Positions 18,481 to 37,836 of a DNA stretch of 64,000 nt are shown here, in pieces. The DNA comes from the human T2T-CHM13v2.0 reference genome, Homo sapiens. The notes beneath the pieces were generated by a model. The model made no database searches. It saw nothing but the letters and a program-made list of their open reading frames with translations, and was not told the DNA's origin. The stretch's first letter is position 1, and each line of letters begins with the position of its first letter. Location: assembly GCF_009914755.1 (NCBI RefSeq), contig NC_060948.1; one strand, 5' to 3'. The position numbers and the translations under genes are program-made.

Positions 18481-20585
18481 AGATCCGTATTTTTTAAATG
18501 AAAAAAAATTTCAAAGGTACTCTGTTTGGTACAATAATCAAATGTATAAACTGAGGAATAAAACATAACCATGAAACCTACTTATAACTGCATATGGAAA
18601 ATACAGAGGATAATTTTTTAAATAACATATTTTGAAAGCCTTAACTAGTAATTTGAAGAGTTGGCATTTGAAAGGCCAGTATGAATATACCTTCAAAGCA
18701 GCAACACAGGTTCCCCATGAGAAAAAGCAAACACAGGGAAAATAAAAACACAAAGGTTCAATCTCTTCTGACCTTTGAAAGACACAGCACAGACAGTGGT
18801 CCTTAGGACGAAGAGCAGGAGACCCCTAATTCCGTCACCATGGCGATAGGGCATAAACATTGCTGGGTGAGGGCACAATCCACATTGTGAGGTCCAACTG
18901 CTGCCAGGAAGACAGGAGTGCTTTTACATAGACCGAAAGGTCATTGAAGGCTCAGAGTTTTGTTTCAAGAACTGAATCCCAAGCCCACACGTTATTAGGC
19001 TGCGCTTCTTAAAACAAGTTATGAGATGGGAAAAAGGGCACCCACAAACATACGTATACATTATGTATATAATAATATACAGTATCATATATATAATATA
19101 TATAACCTATGTATAATATTGTTTTACATCCTGCATCTTATGTTATATATATTGTATAAAATATAATAATTGATAATATATAAGTTTTATAATTATACAA
19201 TATGACATATAGTATGTATTATAATTTATGACATATATAATATATGTTATATATCATATATAGAATATATTATACGGTTAATATACGTATTAAATATAAA
19301 TTATACCTTATATATATTATATATAATATATCTGTTATATATAATACCCATTATGCATAATATATATATTATGTCTATGTTATATATAGTATAAAACAAC
19401 ATATAATAATATATAATTGTATATATAAAATGCGACATAGAATATATATTATAATTTATAACATATGTAATATATATTATATATTATATATAATACGTTG
19501 TATGTATAATACCTATATTAAATATATATTATATGACTATGTTATTAATTACATGTCACATGTGTTATATATTATATATTTTACATAGAATATACCGGTT
19601 ACATACAATATATACTATGTTACCTATAATGTATAATTGATTACATGTAAAATAAACAATGCAATATATTATGTATGATTTATAATATACAATATGTGGA
19701 ATGTGATATATATATCATATAATATATGATATATGATATACAGTATATGATATATAACATACAATATATGATTCCTAATATATATGGTATACAATATATA
19801 TTTTATGATATGTATTCTATATGTTTTATATTCTGTTATATATAACTAGTTGAAATTATATATAACTGTATAATATTTTATGTAAATATGTAATATAATA
19901 TATATAACTATATAATATATTATATATAACTATATATTATGTTATATATACTTTTATAACATAATTTACATAAAATATCATAACGTAATATATATTATAT
20001 TATTTCATATTACATAATATATATTACATATCACCCAATATAACTAACATACATAATATTATAATATAGATTATATTATGTTATATTAAATATCATATAT
20101 ATCATGTATCATATATTCTATAATATATATTACACATTATATAATATGTATGTTGTCTATTATGTGATATATATAACTCTATATATAATTATATTTTTAT
20201 ACATATAACTAGATAAACATGTAATTCTACATATTTTCATTTATAATATGTAGAATTATATAATCATATATAATTTTTTATATTCTATAAAAAATTATAT
20301 CATTACATAAATTATAATATATAAAAATTATAATATGTACTACAAATATATATATTATATATCATATATGATATAGTACCTTTGTTATATATCATAATAC
20401 ATATAAATGTGTATTATGTTATCTATAATTATATAATTTCATATATAAGATGTATAATATGTATCATATATTATATATGTTATGTAATATATATAGTATA
20501 TATAAGATGACACAGGATAAATATTATATACTATGACATATAAAATATATGAGGTTATATGTTACATATAAGGCATAGCACATAA

Positions 20586-20900
<315 letters not shown>

Positions 20901-23005
20901 AGATCCGTATTTTTTAAATGAAAAAAAATTTCAAACGTACTCTGCTTGGTACAATAATCAAATGTATAAACTGAGGAATAAAACATAACCATGAAACCTA
21001 CTTATAACTGCATATGGAAACTACAGAGGATAATTTTTTAAATAACATATTTTGAAAGCCTTAACTAGTAATTTGAAGAGTTGGCATTTGAAAGGCCAGT
21101 ATGAATATACCTTCAAAGCAGCAACACAGGTTCCCCATGAGAAAAAGCAAACACAGGGAAAATAAAAACACAAAGGTTCAATCTCTTCTGACCTTTGAAA
21201 GACACAGCACAGACAGTGGTCCTTAGGACGAAGAGCAGGAGACCCCTAATTCCGTCACCATGGCGATAGGGCATAAACATTGCTGGGTGAGGGCACAATC
21301 CACATTGTGAGGTCCAACTGCTGCCAGGAAGACAGGAGTGCTTTTACATAGACCGAAAGGTCATTGAAGGCTCAGAGTTTTGTTTCAAGAACTGAATCCC
21401 AAGCCCACGCGTTATTAGGCTGCGCTTCTTAAAACAAGTTATGAGATGGGAAAAAGGGCACCCACAAACATACGTATACATTATGTATATAATAATATAC
21501 AGTATCATATATATAATATATATAACCTATGTATAATATTGTTTTACATCCTGCATCTTATGTTATATATATTGTATAAAATATAATAATTGATAATATA
21601 TAAGTTTTATAATTATACAATATGACATATAGTATATATTATAATTTATGACATATATAATATATGTTATATATCATATATAGAATATATTATACGGTTA
21701 ATATACGTATTAAATTTAAATTATACATTATATATATTATATATAATATATCTGTTATATATAATACCCATTATGCATAATATATATATTATGTCTATGT
21801 TATATATAGTATAAAACAACATATAATAATATATAATTGTATATATAAAATGCGACATAGAATATATATTATATTTTATAACATATGTAATATATATTAT
21901 ATATTATATATAATACGTTGTATGTATAATACCTATATTAAATATATATTATATGACTATGTTATTAATTACATGTCACATGTGTTATATATTATATATT
22001 TTACATAGAATATACCGGTTACATACAATATATACTATGTTACCTATAATGTATAATTGATTACATGCAAAATAAAGAATGCAATATATTATGTATAATT
22101 TATAATATACAATATGTGGAATGTGATATATGTAACATATAATATATGATATATGATATACAGTATATGATATATAACATACAATATATGATTCCTAATA
22201 TATATGGTATACAATTTATATTTTATGATATGTATTCCATATGTTTTATATTCTGTTATATATAACTATTTGAAATTATATATAACTGTATAATATTTTA
22301 TGTAAATATGTAATATAATATATATAACTATATAATATATTATATATAACTATATATTATGTTATATATACTTTTATAACATAATTTACATAAAATATCA
22401 TAATATAATATATATTATATTATTTCATATTACATAATATATATTACATATCACCCAATATAACTAACATACATAATATTATAATATAGATTATATTATA
22501 TTATATTAAATATGATATATATCATGTATCATATATTCTATAATATATATTACACATTATATAATATGTATGTTGTCTATTATGTGATATATATAACTAT
22601 ATATATAATTATATTTTTATACATATAACTAGATAAACATGTAATTTTACATATTTTCATTTATAATATGTAGAATTATATAATCATATATAATTATTTA
22701 TATTCTATAAAAAATTTTATCATTATATAAATTATAATATATAAAAATTATAATATGTACTACAAATATATATATTATATATCATATATGATATAGTACC
22801 TTTGTTATATATCATAATACATATAAATGTGTATTATGTTATCTATAATTATATAATTTCATATATAAGATGTATAATATGTATCATATATTATATATGT
22901 TATGTAATATATATAGTATATATAAGATGACACAGGATAAATATTATATACTATGACATATAAAATATATGAGGTTATATGTTACATATAAGGCATAGCA
23001 CATAA

Positions 23006-23320
<315 letters not shown>

Positions 23321-25423
23321 AGATCCGTATTTTTTAAATGAAAAAAAATTTCAAAGGTACTCTGCTTGGTACAATAATCAAATGTATAAACTGAGGAATA
23401 AAACATAACCATGAAACCTACTTATAACTGCATATGGAAAATACAGAGGATAATTTTTTAAATAACATATTTTGAAAGCCTTAACTAGTAATTTGAAGAG
23501 TTGGCATTTGAAAGGCCAGTATGAATATACCTTCAAAGCAGCAACACAGGTTCCCCATGAGAAAAAGCAAACACAGGGAGAATAAAAACACAAAGGTTCA
23601 ATCTCTTCTGACCTTTGAAAGACACAGCACAGACAGTGGTCCTTAGGACGAAGAGCAGGAGACCCCTAATTCCGTCACCATGGCGATAGGGCATAAACAT
23701 TGCTGGGTGAGGGCACAATCCACATTGTGAGGTCCAACTGCTGCCAGGAAGACAGGAGTGCTTTTACATAGACCGAAAGGTCATTGAAGGCTCAGAGTCT
23801 TGTTTCAAGAACTGAATCCCAAGCCCACGCGTTATTAGGCTGCGCTTCTTAAAACAAGTTATGAGATGGGAAAAAGGGCACCCACAAACATACGTATACA
23901 TTATGTATATAATAATATACAGTATCATATATATAATATATATAACCTATGTATAATATTGTTTTACATCCTGCATCTTATGTTATATATATTGTATAAA
24001 ATATAATAATAGATAATATATAAGTTTTATAATTATACAATATGACATATAGTATATATTATAATTTATGACATATATAATATATGTTATATATCATATA
24101 TAGAATATATTATACGGTTAATATACGTATTAAATATAAATTATACATTATATATATTATATATAATATATCTGTTATATATAATACCCATTATGCATAA
24201 TATATATATTATGTCTATGTTATATATAGTATAAAACAACATATAATAATATATAATTGTATATATAAAATGCGACATAGAATATATATTATATTTTATA
24301 AAATATGTAATATATATTATATATTATATATAATACGTTGTATGTATAATACCTATATTAAATATATATTATATGACTATGTTATTAATTACATGTCACA
24401 TGTGTTATATATTATATATTTTACATAGAATATACCGGTTACATACAATATATACTATGTTACATATAATGTATAATTTATTACATGTAAAATAAAGAAT
24501 GCAATATATTATGTATGATTTATAATATACAATATGTGGAATGTGATATATGTAACATATAATATATGATATATGATATACAGTATATGATATATAACAT
24601 ACAATATATGATTCCTAATATATATGGTATACAATATATATTTTATGATATGTATTCTATATGTTTTATATTCTGTTATATATAACTATTTGAAATTATA
24701 TATAACTGTATAATATTTTATGTAAATATGTAATGTAATATATAACTATATAATATATTATATATAACTATATATTATGTTATATATACTTTTATAACAT
24801 AATTTACATAAAATATCATAATATAATATATATTATATTATTTCATATTACATAATATATATTACATATCAACCAATATAACTAACATACATAATATTAT
24901 AATATAGATTATATTATGTTATATTAAATATCATATATATCATGTATCATATATTCTATAATATATATTACACATTATATAATATGTATGTTGTCTATTA
25001 TGTGATATATATAACTATATATATAATTATATTTTTATACATATAACTAGATAAACATGTAATTCTACATATTTTCATTTATAATATGTAGAATTATATA
25101 ATCATATATAATTATTTATATTCTATAAAAAATTTTATCATTATATAAATTATAATATATAAAAATTATAATATGTACTACAAATATATATATTATATAT
25201 CATATATGATATAGTACCTTTGTTATATATCATAATACATATAAATGTGTATTATGTTATCTATAATTATATAATTTCATATATAAGATGTATAATATGT
25301 ATCATATATTATATATGTTATGTAATATATATAGTATATATAAGATGACACAGGATAAATATTATATACTATGACATATAAAATATATGAGGTTATATGT
25401 TACATATAAGGCATAGCACATAA

Positions 25424-25738
<315 letters not shown>

Positions 25739-27866
25739 AGATCCGTATTTTTTAAATGAAAAAAAATTTCAAAGGTACTCTGCTTGGTACAATAATCAAA
25801 TGTATAAACTGAGGAATAAAACATAACCATGAAACCTACTTATAACTGCATATGGAAAATACAGAGGATAATTTTTTAAATAACATATTTTGAAAGCCTT
25901 AACTAGTAATTTGAAGAGTTGGCATTTGAAAGGCCAGTATGAATATACCTTCAAAGCAGCAACACAGGTTCCCCATGTGAAAAAGCAAACACAGGGAAAA
26001 TAAAAACACAAAGGTTCAATCTCTTCTGACCTTTGAAAGACACAGCACAGACAGTGGTCCTTAGGACGAAGAGCAGGAGACCCCTAATTCCGTCACCATG
26101 GCGATAGGGCATAAACATTGCTGGGTGAGGGCACAATCCACATTGTGAGGTCCAACTGCTGCCAGGAAGACAGGAGTGCTTTTACATAGACCGAAAGGTC
26201 ATTGAAGGCTCAGAGTTTTGTTTCAAGAACTGAATCCCAAGCCCACGCGTTATTAGGCTGCGCTTCTTAAAACAAGTTATGAGATGGGAAAAAGGGCACC
26301 CACAAACATACGTATACATTATGTATATAATAATATACAGTATCATATATATAATATATATAACCTATGTATAATATTGTTTTACATCCTGCATCTTATG
26401 TTATATATATTGTATAAAATATAATAATTGATAATATATAAGTTTTATAATTATACAATATGACATATAGTATATATTATAATTTATGACATATATAATA
26501 TATGTTATATATCATATATAGAATATATTATACGGTTAATATACGTATTAAATATAAATTATACATTATATATATTATATATAATATATCTGTTATATAT
26601 AATACCCATTATGCATAATATATATATTATGTCTACGTTATATATAGTATAAAACAACATATAATAATATATAATTGTATATATAAAATGCGACATAGAA
26701 TATATATTATATTTTATAACATATGTAATATATATTATATATTATATATAATACGTTGTATGTATAATACCTATATTAAATATATATTATATGACTATGT
26801 TATTAATTACATGTCACATGTGTTATATATTATATATTTTACATAGAATACACCGGTTACATACAATATATACTATGTTACCTATAATGTATAATTTATT
26901 ACATGTAAAATAAAGAATGCAATATATTATGTATAATTTATAATATACAATATGTGGAATGTGATATATATAACATATAATATATGATATATGATATACA
27001 GTATATGATATATAACATACAATATATGATTCCTAATATATATGGTATACAATATATATTTTATGATATGTATTCTATATGTTTTATATTCTGTTATATA
27101 TAACTATTTGAAATTATATATAACTGTATAATATTTTACGTAAATATGTAATATAATATATATAACTATATAATATATTATATATAACTATATATTATGT
27201 TATATATACTTTTATAACATAATTTACATAAAATATCATAATATAATATATATTATATTATTTCATATTACATAATATATATTACATATCACCCAATATA
27301 ACTAACATACATAATATTATAATATAGATTATATTGTGTTATATTATATATCATATATATCATGTATCATATATTCTATAATATATATTACACATTATAT
27401 AATATGTATGTTGTCTATTATGTGATATATATAACTCTATATATATTTATATTTTTATACATATAACTAGATAAACATGTAATTCTACATATTTTCACTT
27501 ATAATATGTAGAATTACATAATCATATATAATTATTTATATTCTATAAAAAATTTTATCATTATATAAATTATAATATATAAAAATTATAATATGTACTA
27601 CAAATATATATATTATATATCATATATGATATAGTACCTTTGTTATATTTCATAATACATATAAATGTGTATTATGTTATCTATAATTATATAATTTCAT
27701 ATATAAGATGTATAATATGTATCATATATTATATATGTTATGTAATATATATAGTATATATAAGATGACACAGGATAAATATTATATACTATGACATATA
27801 AAATATATGAGGTTATATGTTACATATAAGGCATAGCACATAACATGTAATATATATCATATATAA

Positions 27867-28158
27867 TTTTTTTTTAGACAGAATCTTGTCCTGTTGCACA
27901 GGGTGGGGTACAATGGCGCCATCTTTGCTCACTGCAACTTCTGCCTCACAGGTCCAAGCGATTGTCCTCCCTCAGCCTCCCAGGTAGCTGGGACTACACC
28001 ACACTGGGACTACACCAGCTGCCACCATGCCTAGCTAATTTTTTGGATTTTTAGTAGTGACAGCGTTTCACTGTATTGGCCAGGATGGTCTTGATCTCTT
28101 CACCTTGTGATCCCCTTGCCTTGGCCTCCAAATTTGCTGGGATTACAGGCCTGAGCCA
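27867..28158 (-). mobile_element. DYZ2 Alu copy U12
   Basis: Same motifs; CTCACAGGTCC variant. Confidence 0.93.
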
Positions 28159-30263
28159 AGATCCATATTTTTTAAATGAAAAAAAATTTCAAAGGTACTC
28201 TGCTTGGTACAATAATCAAATGTATAAACTGAGGAATAAAACATAACCATGAAACCTACTTATAACTGCATATGGAAAATACAGAGGATAATTTTTTAAA
28301 TAACATATTTTGAAAGCCTTAACTAGTAATTTGAAGAGTTGGCATTTGAAAGGCCAGTATGAATATACCTTCAAAGCAGCAACACAGGTTCCCCATGAGA
28401 AAAAGCAAACACAGGGAAAATAAAAACACAAAGGTTCAATCTCTTCTGACCTTTGAAAGACACAGCACAGACAGTGGTCCTTAGGACGAAGAGCAGGAGA
28501 CCCCTAATTCCGTCACCATGGCGATAGGGCATAAACATTGCTGGGTGAGGGCACAATCCACATTGTGAGGTCCAACTGCTGCCAGGAAGACAGGAGTGCT
28601 TTTACATAGACCGAAAGGTCATTGAAGGCTCAGAGTTTTGTTTCAAGAACTGAATCCCAAGCCCACACGTTATTAGGCTGCGCTTCTTAAAACAACTTAT
28701 GAGATGGTAAAAAGGGCACCCACAAACATACGTATACATTATGTATATAATAATATACAGTATCATATATATAATATATATAACCTATGTATAATATTGT
28801 TTTACATCCTGCATCTTATGTTCTATATATTGTATAAAATATAATAATTGATAATATATAAGTTTTATAATTATACAATATGACATATAGTATATATTAT
28901 AATTTATGACATATATAATATATGTTATATGTCATATATAGAATATATTATACGGTTAATATACGTATTAAATATAAATTATACATTATATATATTATAT
29001 ATAATATATCTGTTATATATAATACCCATTATGCATAATATATATATTATGTCTACGTTATATATAGTATAAAACAACATATAATAATATATAATTGTAT
29101 ATATAAAATGCGACATATAATATATATTATATTTTATAACATATGTAATATATATTATATATTATATATAATACGTTGTATGTATAATACCTATATTAAA
29201 TATATATTATATGACTATGTTATTAATTACATGTCACATGTGTTATATATTATATATTTTACATAGAATATACCGGTTACATACAATATATACTATGTTA
29301 CCTATAATGTATAATTTATTACATGTAAAATAAAGAATGCAATATATTATGTATAATTTATAATATACCATATGTGGAATGTGATATATATAACATATAA
29401 TATATGATATATGATATACAGTATATGATATATAACATACAATATATGATTCCTAATATATATGGTATACAATATATATTTTATGATATGTATTCTATAT
29501 GTTTTATATTCTGTTATATATAACTAGTTGAAATTATATATAACTGTATAATATTTTAGGTAAATATGTAATATAATATATATAACTATATAATATATTA
29601 TATATAACTATATATTATGTTATATATACTTTTATAACATAATTTACATAAAATATCATAACGTAATATATATTATATTATTTCATATTACATAATATAT
29701 ATTACATATCACCCAATATAACTAACATACATAATATTATAATATAGATAATATTGTGTTATATTAAGTATCATATATATCATGTATCATATATTCTATA
29801 ATATATATTACACATTATATAATATGTATGTTGTCTATTATGTGATATATATAACTCTATATATAATTATATTTTTATACATATAACTAGATAAACATGT
29901 AATTCTACATATTTTCATTTATAATATGTAGAATTATATAATCATATATAATTATTTATATTCTATAAAAAATTTTATCATTATATAAATTATAATATAT
30001 AAAAATTATAATATGTACTACAAATATATATATTATATATCATATATGATATAGTACCTTTGTTATATATCATAATACATATAAATGTGTATTATGTTAT
30101 CTATAATTCTATAATTTCATATATAAGATGTATAATATGTATCATATATTATATATGTTATGTAATATATATAGTATATATAAGATGACACAGGATAAAT
30201 ATTATATACTATGACATATAAAATATATGAGGTTATATGTTACATATAAGGCATAGCACATAA

Positions 30264-30578
<315 letters not shown>

Positions 30579-32683
30579 AGATCCATATTTTTTAAATGAA
30601 AAAAAATTTCAAAGGTACTCTGCTTGGTACAATAATCAAATGTATAAACTGAGGAATAAAACATAACCATGAAACCTACTTATAACTGCATATGGAAAAT
30701 ACAGAGGATAATTTTTTAAATAACATATTTTGAAAGCCTTAACTAGTAATTTGAAGAGTTGGCATTTGAAAGGCCAGTATGAATATACCTTCAAAGCAGC
30801 AACACAGGTTCCCCATGAGAAAAAGCAAACACAGGGAAAATAAAAACACAAAGGTTCAATCTCTTCTGACCTTTGAAAGACACAGCACAGACAGTGGTCC
30901 TTAGGACGAAGAGCAGGAGACCCCTAATTCCGTCACCATGGCGATAGGGCATAAACATTGCTGGGTGAGGGCACAATCCACATTGTGAGGTCCAACTGCT
31001 GCCAGGAAGACAGTAGTGCTTTTACATAGACCGAAAGGTCATTGAAGGCTTAGAGTTTTGTTTCAAGAACTGAATCCAAAGCCCACAAGTTATTAGGCTG
31101 CGCTTCTTAAAACAAGTTATGAGATGGGAGAAAGGGCACCCACAAACATACGTATACATTATGTATATAATAATATACAGTATCATTTATATAATATATA
31201 TAACCTATGTATAATATTGTTTTACATCCTGCATCTTATGTTATATATATTGTATAAAATATAATAATTGATAATATATAAGTTTTATATTTATACAATA
31301 TGACATATAGTATATATTATAATTTATGACATATATAATATATGTTATATATCATATATAGAATATATTATACGGTTAATATACGTATTAAATATAAATT
31401 ATACATTATATATATTATATATAATATATCTGTTATATATAATACCCATCATGCATAATATATATATTATGTCTATGTTATATATAGTATAAAACAACAT
31501 ATAATAATATATAATTGTATATATAAAATGCGACATATAATATATATTATATTTTATAACATATGTAATATATATTATATATTATATATAATACGTTGTA
31601 TGTATAATACCTATATTAAATATATATTATATGACTATGTTATTAATTACATGTCACATGTGTTATATATTATATATTTTACATAGAATATACCGGTTAC
31701 ATACAATATATACTATGTTACCTATAATGTATAATTTATTACATGTAAAATAAAGAATGCAATATATTATGTATAATTTATAATATACCATATGTGGAAT
31801 GTGATATATATAACATATAATATATGATATATGATATACAGTATATGATATATAACATACAATATATGATTCCTAATATATATGGTATACAATATATATT
31901 TTATGATATGTATTCTATATGTTTTATATTCTGTTATATATAACTAGTTGAAATTATATATAACTGTATAATATTTTATGTAAATATGTAATATAATATA
32001 TATAACTATATAATATATTATATATAACTATATATTATGTTATATATACTTTTATAACATAATTTACATAAAATATCATAATATAATATATATTATATTA
32101 TTTCATATTACATAATATATATTACATATCACCCAATATAACTAACATACATAATATTATAATATAGATTATATTATGTTATATTAAATATCATATATAT
32201 CATGTATCATATATTCTATAATATATATTACACATTATATAATATGTATGTTGCCTATTATGTGATATATATAACTATATATATAATTATATTTTTATAC
32301 ATATAACTAGATAAACATGTAATTCTACATATTTTCATTTATAATATGTAGAATTATATAGTCATATATAATTATTTATATTCTATAAAAAATTTTATCA
32401 TTATATAAATTATAATATATAAAAATTATAATATGTACTACAAATATATATATTATATATCATATATGCTATAGTACCTTTGTTATATATCATAATACAT
32501 ATAAATGTGTATTATGTTATCTATAATTATATAATTTCATATATAACTTGTATAATATGTATCATATATTATATATGTTATGTAATATATATAGTATATA
32601 TAAGATGACACAGGATAAATATTATATACTATGACATATAAAATATATGAGGTTATATGTTACATATAAGGCATAGCACATAA

Positions 32684-32998
<315 letters not shown>

Positions 32999-35126
32999 AG
33001 ATCCATATTTTTTAAATGAAAAAAAATTTCAAAGGTACTCTGCTTGGTACAATAATCAAATGTATAAACTGAGGAATAAAACATAACCATGAAACCTACT
33101 TATAACTGCATATGGAAAATACAGAGGATAATTTTTTAAATAACATATTTTGAAAGCCTTAACTAGTAATTTGAAGAGCTGGCATTTGAAAGGCCTGTAT
33201 GAATATACCTTCAAAGCAGCAACACAGGTTCCCCATGAGAAAAAGCAAACACAGGGAAAATAAAAACACAAAGGTTCAATCTCTTCTGACCTTTGAAAGA
33301 CACAGCACAGACAGTGGTCCTTAGGACGAAGAGCAGGAGACCCCTAATTCCGTCACCATGGCGATAGGGCATAAACATTGCTGGGTGAGGGCACAATCCA
33401 CATTGTGAGGTCCAACTGCTGCCAGGAAGACAGGAGTGCTTTTACATAGACCGAAAGGTCATTGAAGGCTCAGAGTTTTGTTTCAAGAACCGAATCCCAA
33501 GCCCACACGTTATTAGGCTGCGCTTCTTAAAACAAGTTATGAGATGGGAAAAAGGGCACCCACAAACATACGTATACATTATGTATATAATAATATACAG
33601 TATCATATATATAATATATATAACCTATGTATAATATTGTTTTACATCCTGCATCTTATGTTATATATATTGTATAAAATATAATAATTGATAATATATA
33701 AGTTTTATAATTATACAATATGACATATAGTATATATTATAATTTATGACATATATAATATATGTTATATATCATATATAGAATATATTATACGGTTAAT
33801 ATACGTATTAAATATAAATTATACATTATATATATTATATATAATATATCTGTTATATATAATACCCATTATGCATAATATATATATTATGTCTATGTTA
33901 TATATAGTTTAAAACAACATATAATAATATATAATTGTATATATAAAATGCGACATATAATATATATTATATTTTATAACATATGTAATATATATTATAT
34001 ATTATATATAATACGTTGTATGTATAATACCTATATTAAATATATATTATATGACTATGTTATTAATTACATGTCACATGTGTTATATATTATATATTTT
34101 ACATAGAATATACCGGTTACATACAATATATACTATGTTACCTATAATGTATAATTTATTACATGTAAAATAAAGAATGCAATATATTATGTATAATTTA
34201 TAATATACAATATGTGGAATGTGATATATATAACATATAATATATGATATATGATATACAGTATATGATATATAACATACAATATATGATTCCTAATATA
34301 TATGGTATACAATACATATTTTATGATATGTATTCTATATGTTTTATATTCTGTTATATATAACTATTTGAAATTATATATAACTGTATAATATTTTATG
34401 TAAATATGTAATATAATATATATAACTATATAATATATTATATATAACTATATATTATGTTATATATACTTTTATAACATAATTTACATAAAATATCATA
34501 ATATAATATATATTATATTATTTCATATTACATAATATATATTTCATATCACCCAATATAACTAACATACATAATATTATAATATAGATTATATTATCTT
34601 ATATTAAATATCATATATATCATGTATCATATATTCTATAATATATATTACACATTATATAATATGTATGTTGTCTAATATGTGATATATATAACAATAT
34701 ATATAATTATATTTTTATACATATAACTAGATAAACATGTAATTCTACATATTTTCATTTATAATATGTAGAAGTATATAATCATATATAATTATTTATA
34801 TTCTATAAAAAATTTTATCATTATATAAATTATAATATATAAAAATTATAATATGTACTACAAATATATATATTATATATCATATATGATATAGTACCTT
34901 TGTTATATATCATAATACATATAAATGTGTATTATGTTATCTATAATTCTATAATTTCATATATAAGATGTATAATATGTATCATATATTATATATGTTA
35001 TGTAATATATATAGTATATATAAGATGACACAGGATAAATATTATATACTATGACATATAAAATATGTGAGGTTATATGTTACATATAAGGCATAGCACA
35101 TAACATGTAATATATATCATATATAA

Positions 35127-35418
35127 TTTTTTTTTAGACTGAATCTTGTCCTGTTGCACAGGGTGGGGTACAATGGCGCCATCTTTGCTCACTGCAACTT
35201 CTGCCTCACGGGTCCAAGCGATTGTCCTCCCTCAGCCTCCCAGGTAGCTGGGACTACACCACACTGGGACTACACCAGCTGCCACCATGCCTAGCTAATT
35301 ATTTGGATTTTTAGTAGTGACAGCGTTTCACTGTATTGGCCAGGATGGTCTTGATCTCTTCACCTTGTGATCCCCTTGCCTTGGCCTCCAAATTTGCTGG
35401 GATTACAGGCCTGAGCCA
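35127..35418 (-). mobile_element. DYZ2 Alu copy U15
   Basis: Same motifs; CTAATTATTTGG variant. Confidence 0.93.
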
Positions 35419-37521
35419 AGATCCATATTTTTTAAATGAAAAAAAATTTCAAAGGTACTCTGCTTGGTACAATAATCAAATGTATAAACTGAGGAATAAA
35501 ACATAACCATGAAACCTACTTATAACTGCATATGGAAAATACAGAGGATAATTTTTTAAATAACATATTTTGAAAGCCTTAACTAGTAATTTGAAGAGCT
35601 GGCATTTGAAAGGCCAGTATGAATATACCTTCAAAGCAGCAACACAGGTTCCCCATGAGAAAAAGCAAACACAGGGAAAATAAAAACACAAAGGTTCAAT
35701 CTCTTCTGACCTTTGAAAGACACAGCACAGACAGTGGTCCTTAGGACGAAGAGCAGGAGACCCCTAATTCCGTCACCATGGCGATAGGGCAGAAACATTG
35801 CTGGGTGAGGGCACAATCCACATTGTGAGGTCCAACTGCTGCCAGGAAGACAGGAGTGCTTTTACATAGACCAAAAGGTCATTGAAGGCTCAGAGTTTTG
35901 TTTCAAGAACTGAATCCCAAGCCCACACGATATTAGGCTGCGCTTCTTAAAACAAGTTATGAGATGGGAAAAAGGGCACCCACAAACATACGTATACATT
36001 ATGTATATAATAATATACAGTATCATATATATAATATATATAACCTATGTATAATATTGTTTTACATCCTGCATCTTATGTTATATATATTGTATAAAAT
36101 ATAATAATTGATAATATATAATTTTTATAATTATACAATATGACATATAGTATATATTATAATTTATGACATATATAATATATGTTATATATCATATATA
36201 GAATATATTATACGGTTAATATACGTATTAAATATAAATTATACATTATATATATTATATATAATATATCTGTTATATATAATACCCATTATGCATAATA
36301 TATATATTATGTCTATGATATATATAGTATAAAACAACATATAATTATATATAATTGTATATATAAAATGCGACATATAATATATATTATATTTTATAAC
36401 ATATGTAATATATATTATATATTATATATAATACGTTGTATGTATAATACCTACATTAAATATATATTATATGACTATGTTATTAATTGCATGTCACATG
36501 TGTTATATATTACATATTTTACATAGAATATACCGGTTACATACAATATATACTATGTTACCTATAATGTATAATTTATTACATGTAAAATAAAGAATGC
36601 AATATATTATGTATAATTTATAATATACCATATGTGGAAGGTGATATATGTAACATATAATATATGATATATGATATACAGTATATGATATATAACATAC
36701 ATTATATGATTCCTAATATATATGGTATACAATATATATTTTATGATATGTATTCTATATGTTTTATATTCTGTTATGTATAACTAGTTGAAATTATATA
36801 TAACTGTATAATATTTTATGTAAATATGTAATATAATATATAACTATATAATATATTATATATAACTATATATTATGTTATATATACTTTTATAACATAA
36901 TTTACATAAAATATCATAATATAATATATATTATATTATTTCATATTACATAATATATATTACATATCACCCAATATAACTAACATACATAATATTATAA
37001 TATAGATTATATTATGTTATATTAAATATCATATATATCATGTATCATATATTCTATAATATATATTACACATTATATAATATGTATGTTGTCTATTATG
37101 TGATATATATAACTATATATATAATTATATTTTTATACATATAACTAGATAAACATGTAATTCTACATATTTTCATTTAAAATATGTAGAATTATATAAT
37201 CATATATAATTATTTATATTCTATAAAAAATTTTATCATTATATAAATTATAATATATAAAAATTATAATATGTACTACAAATATATATATTATATATCA
37301 TATATGCTGTAGTACCTTTGTTATATATCATAATACATATAAATGTGTATTATGTTATCTATAATTATATAATTTCATATATAAGTTGTATAATATGTAT
37401 CTTATATTATATATGTTATGTAATATATATAGTATATATAAGATGACACAGGATAAATATTATATACTATGACATATAAAATATATGAGGTTATATGTTA
37501 CATATAAGGCATAGCACATAA

Positions 37522-37836
<315 letters not shown>
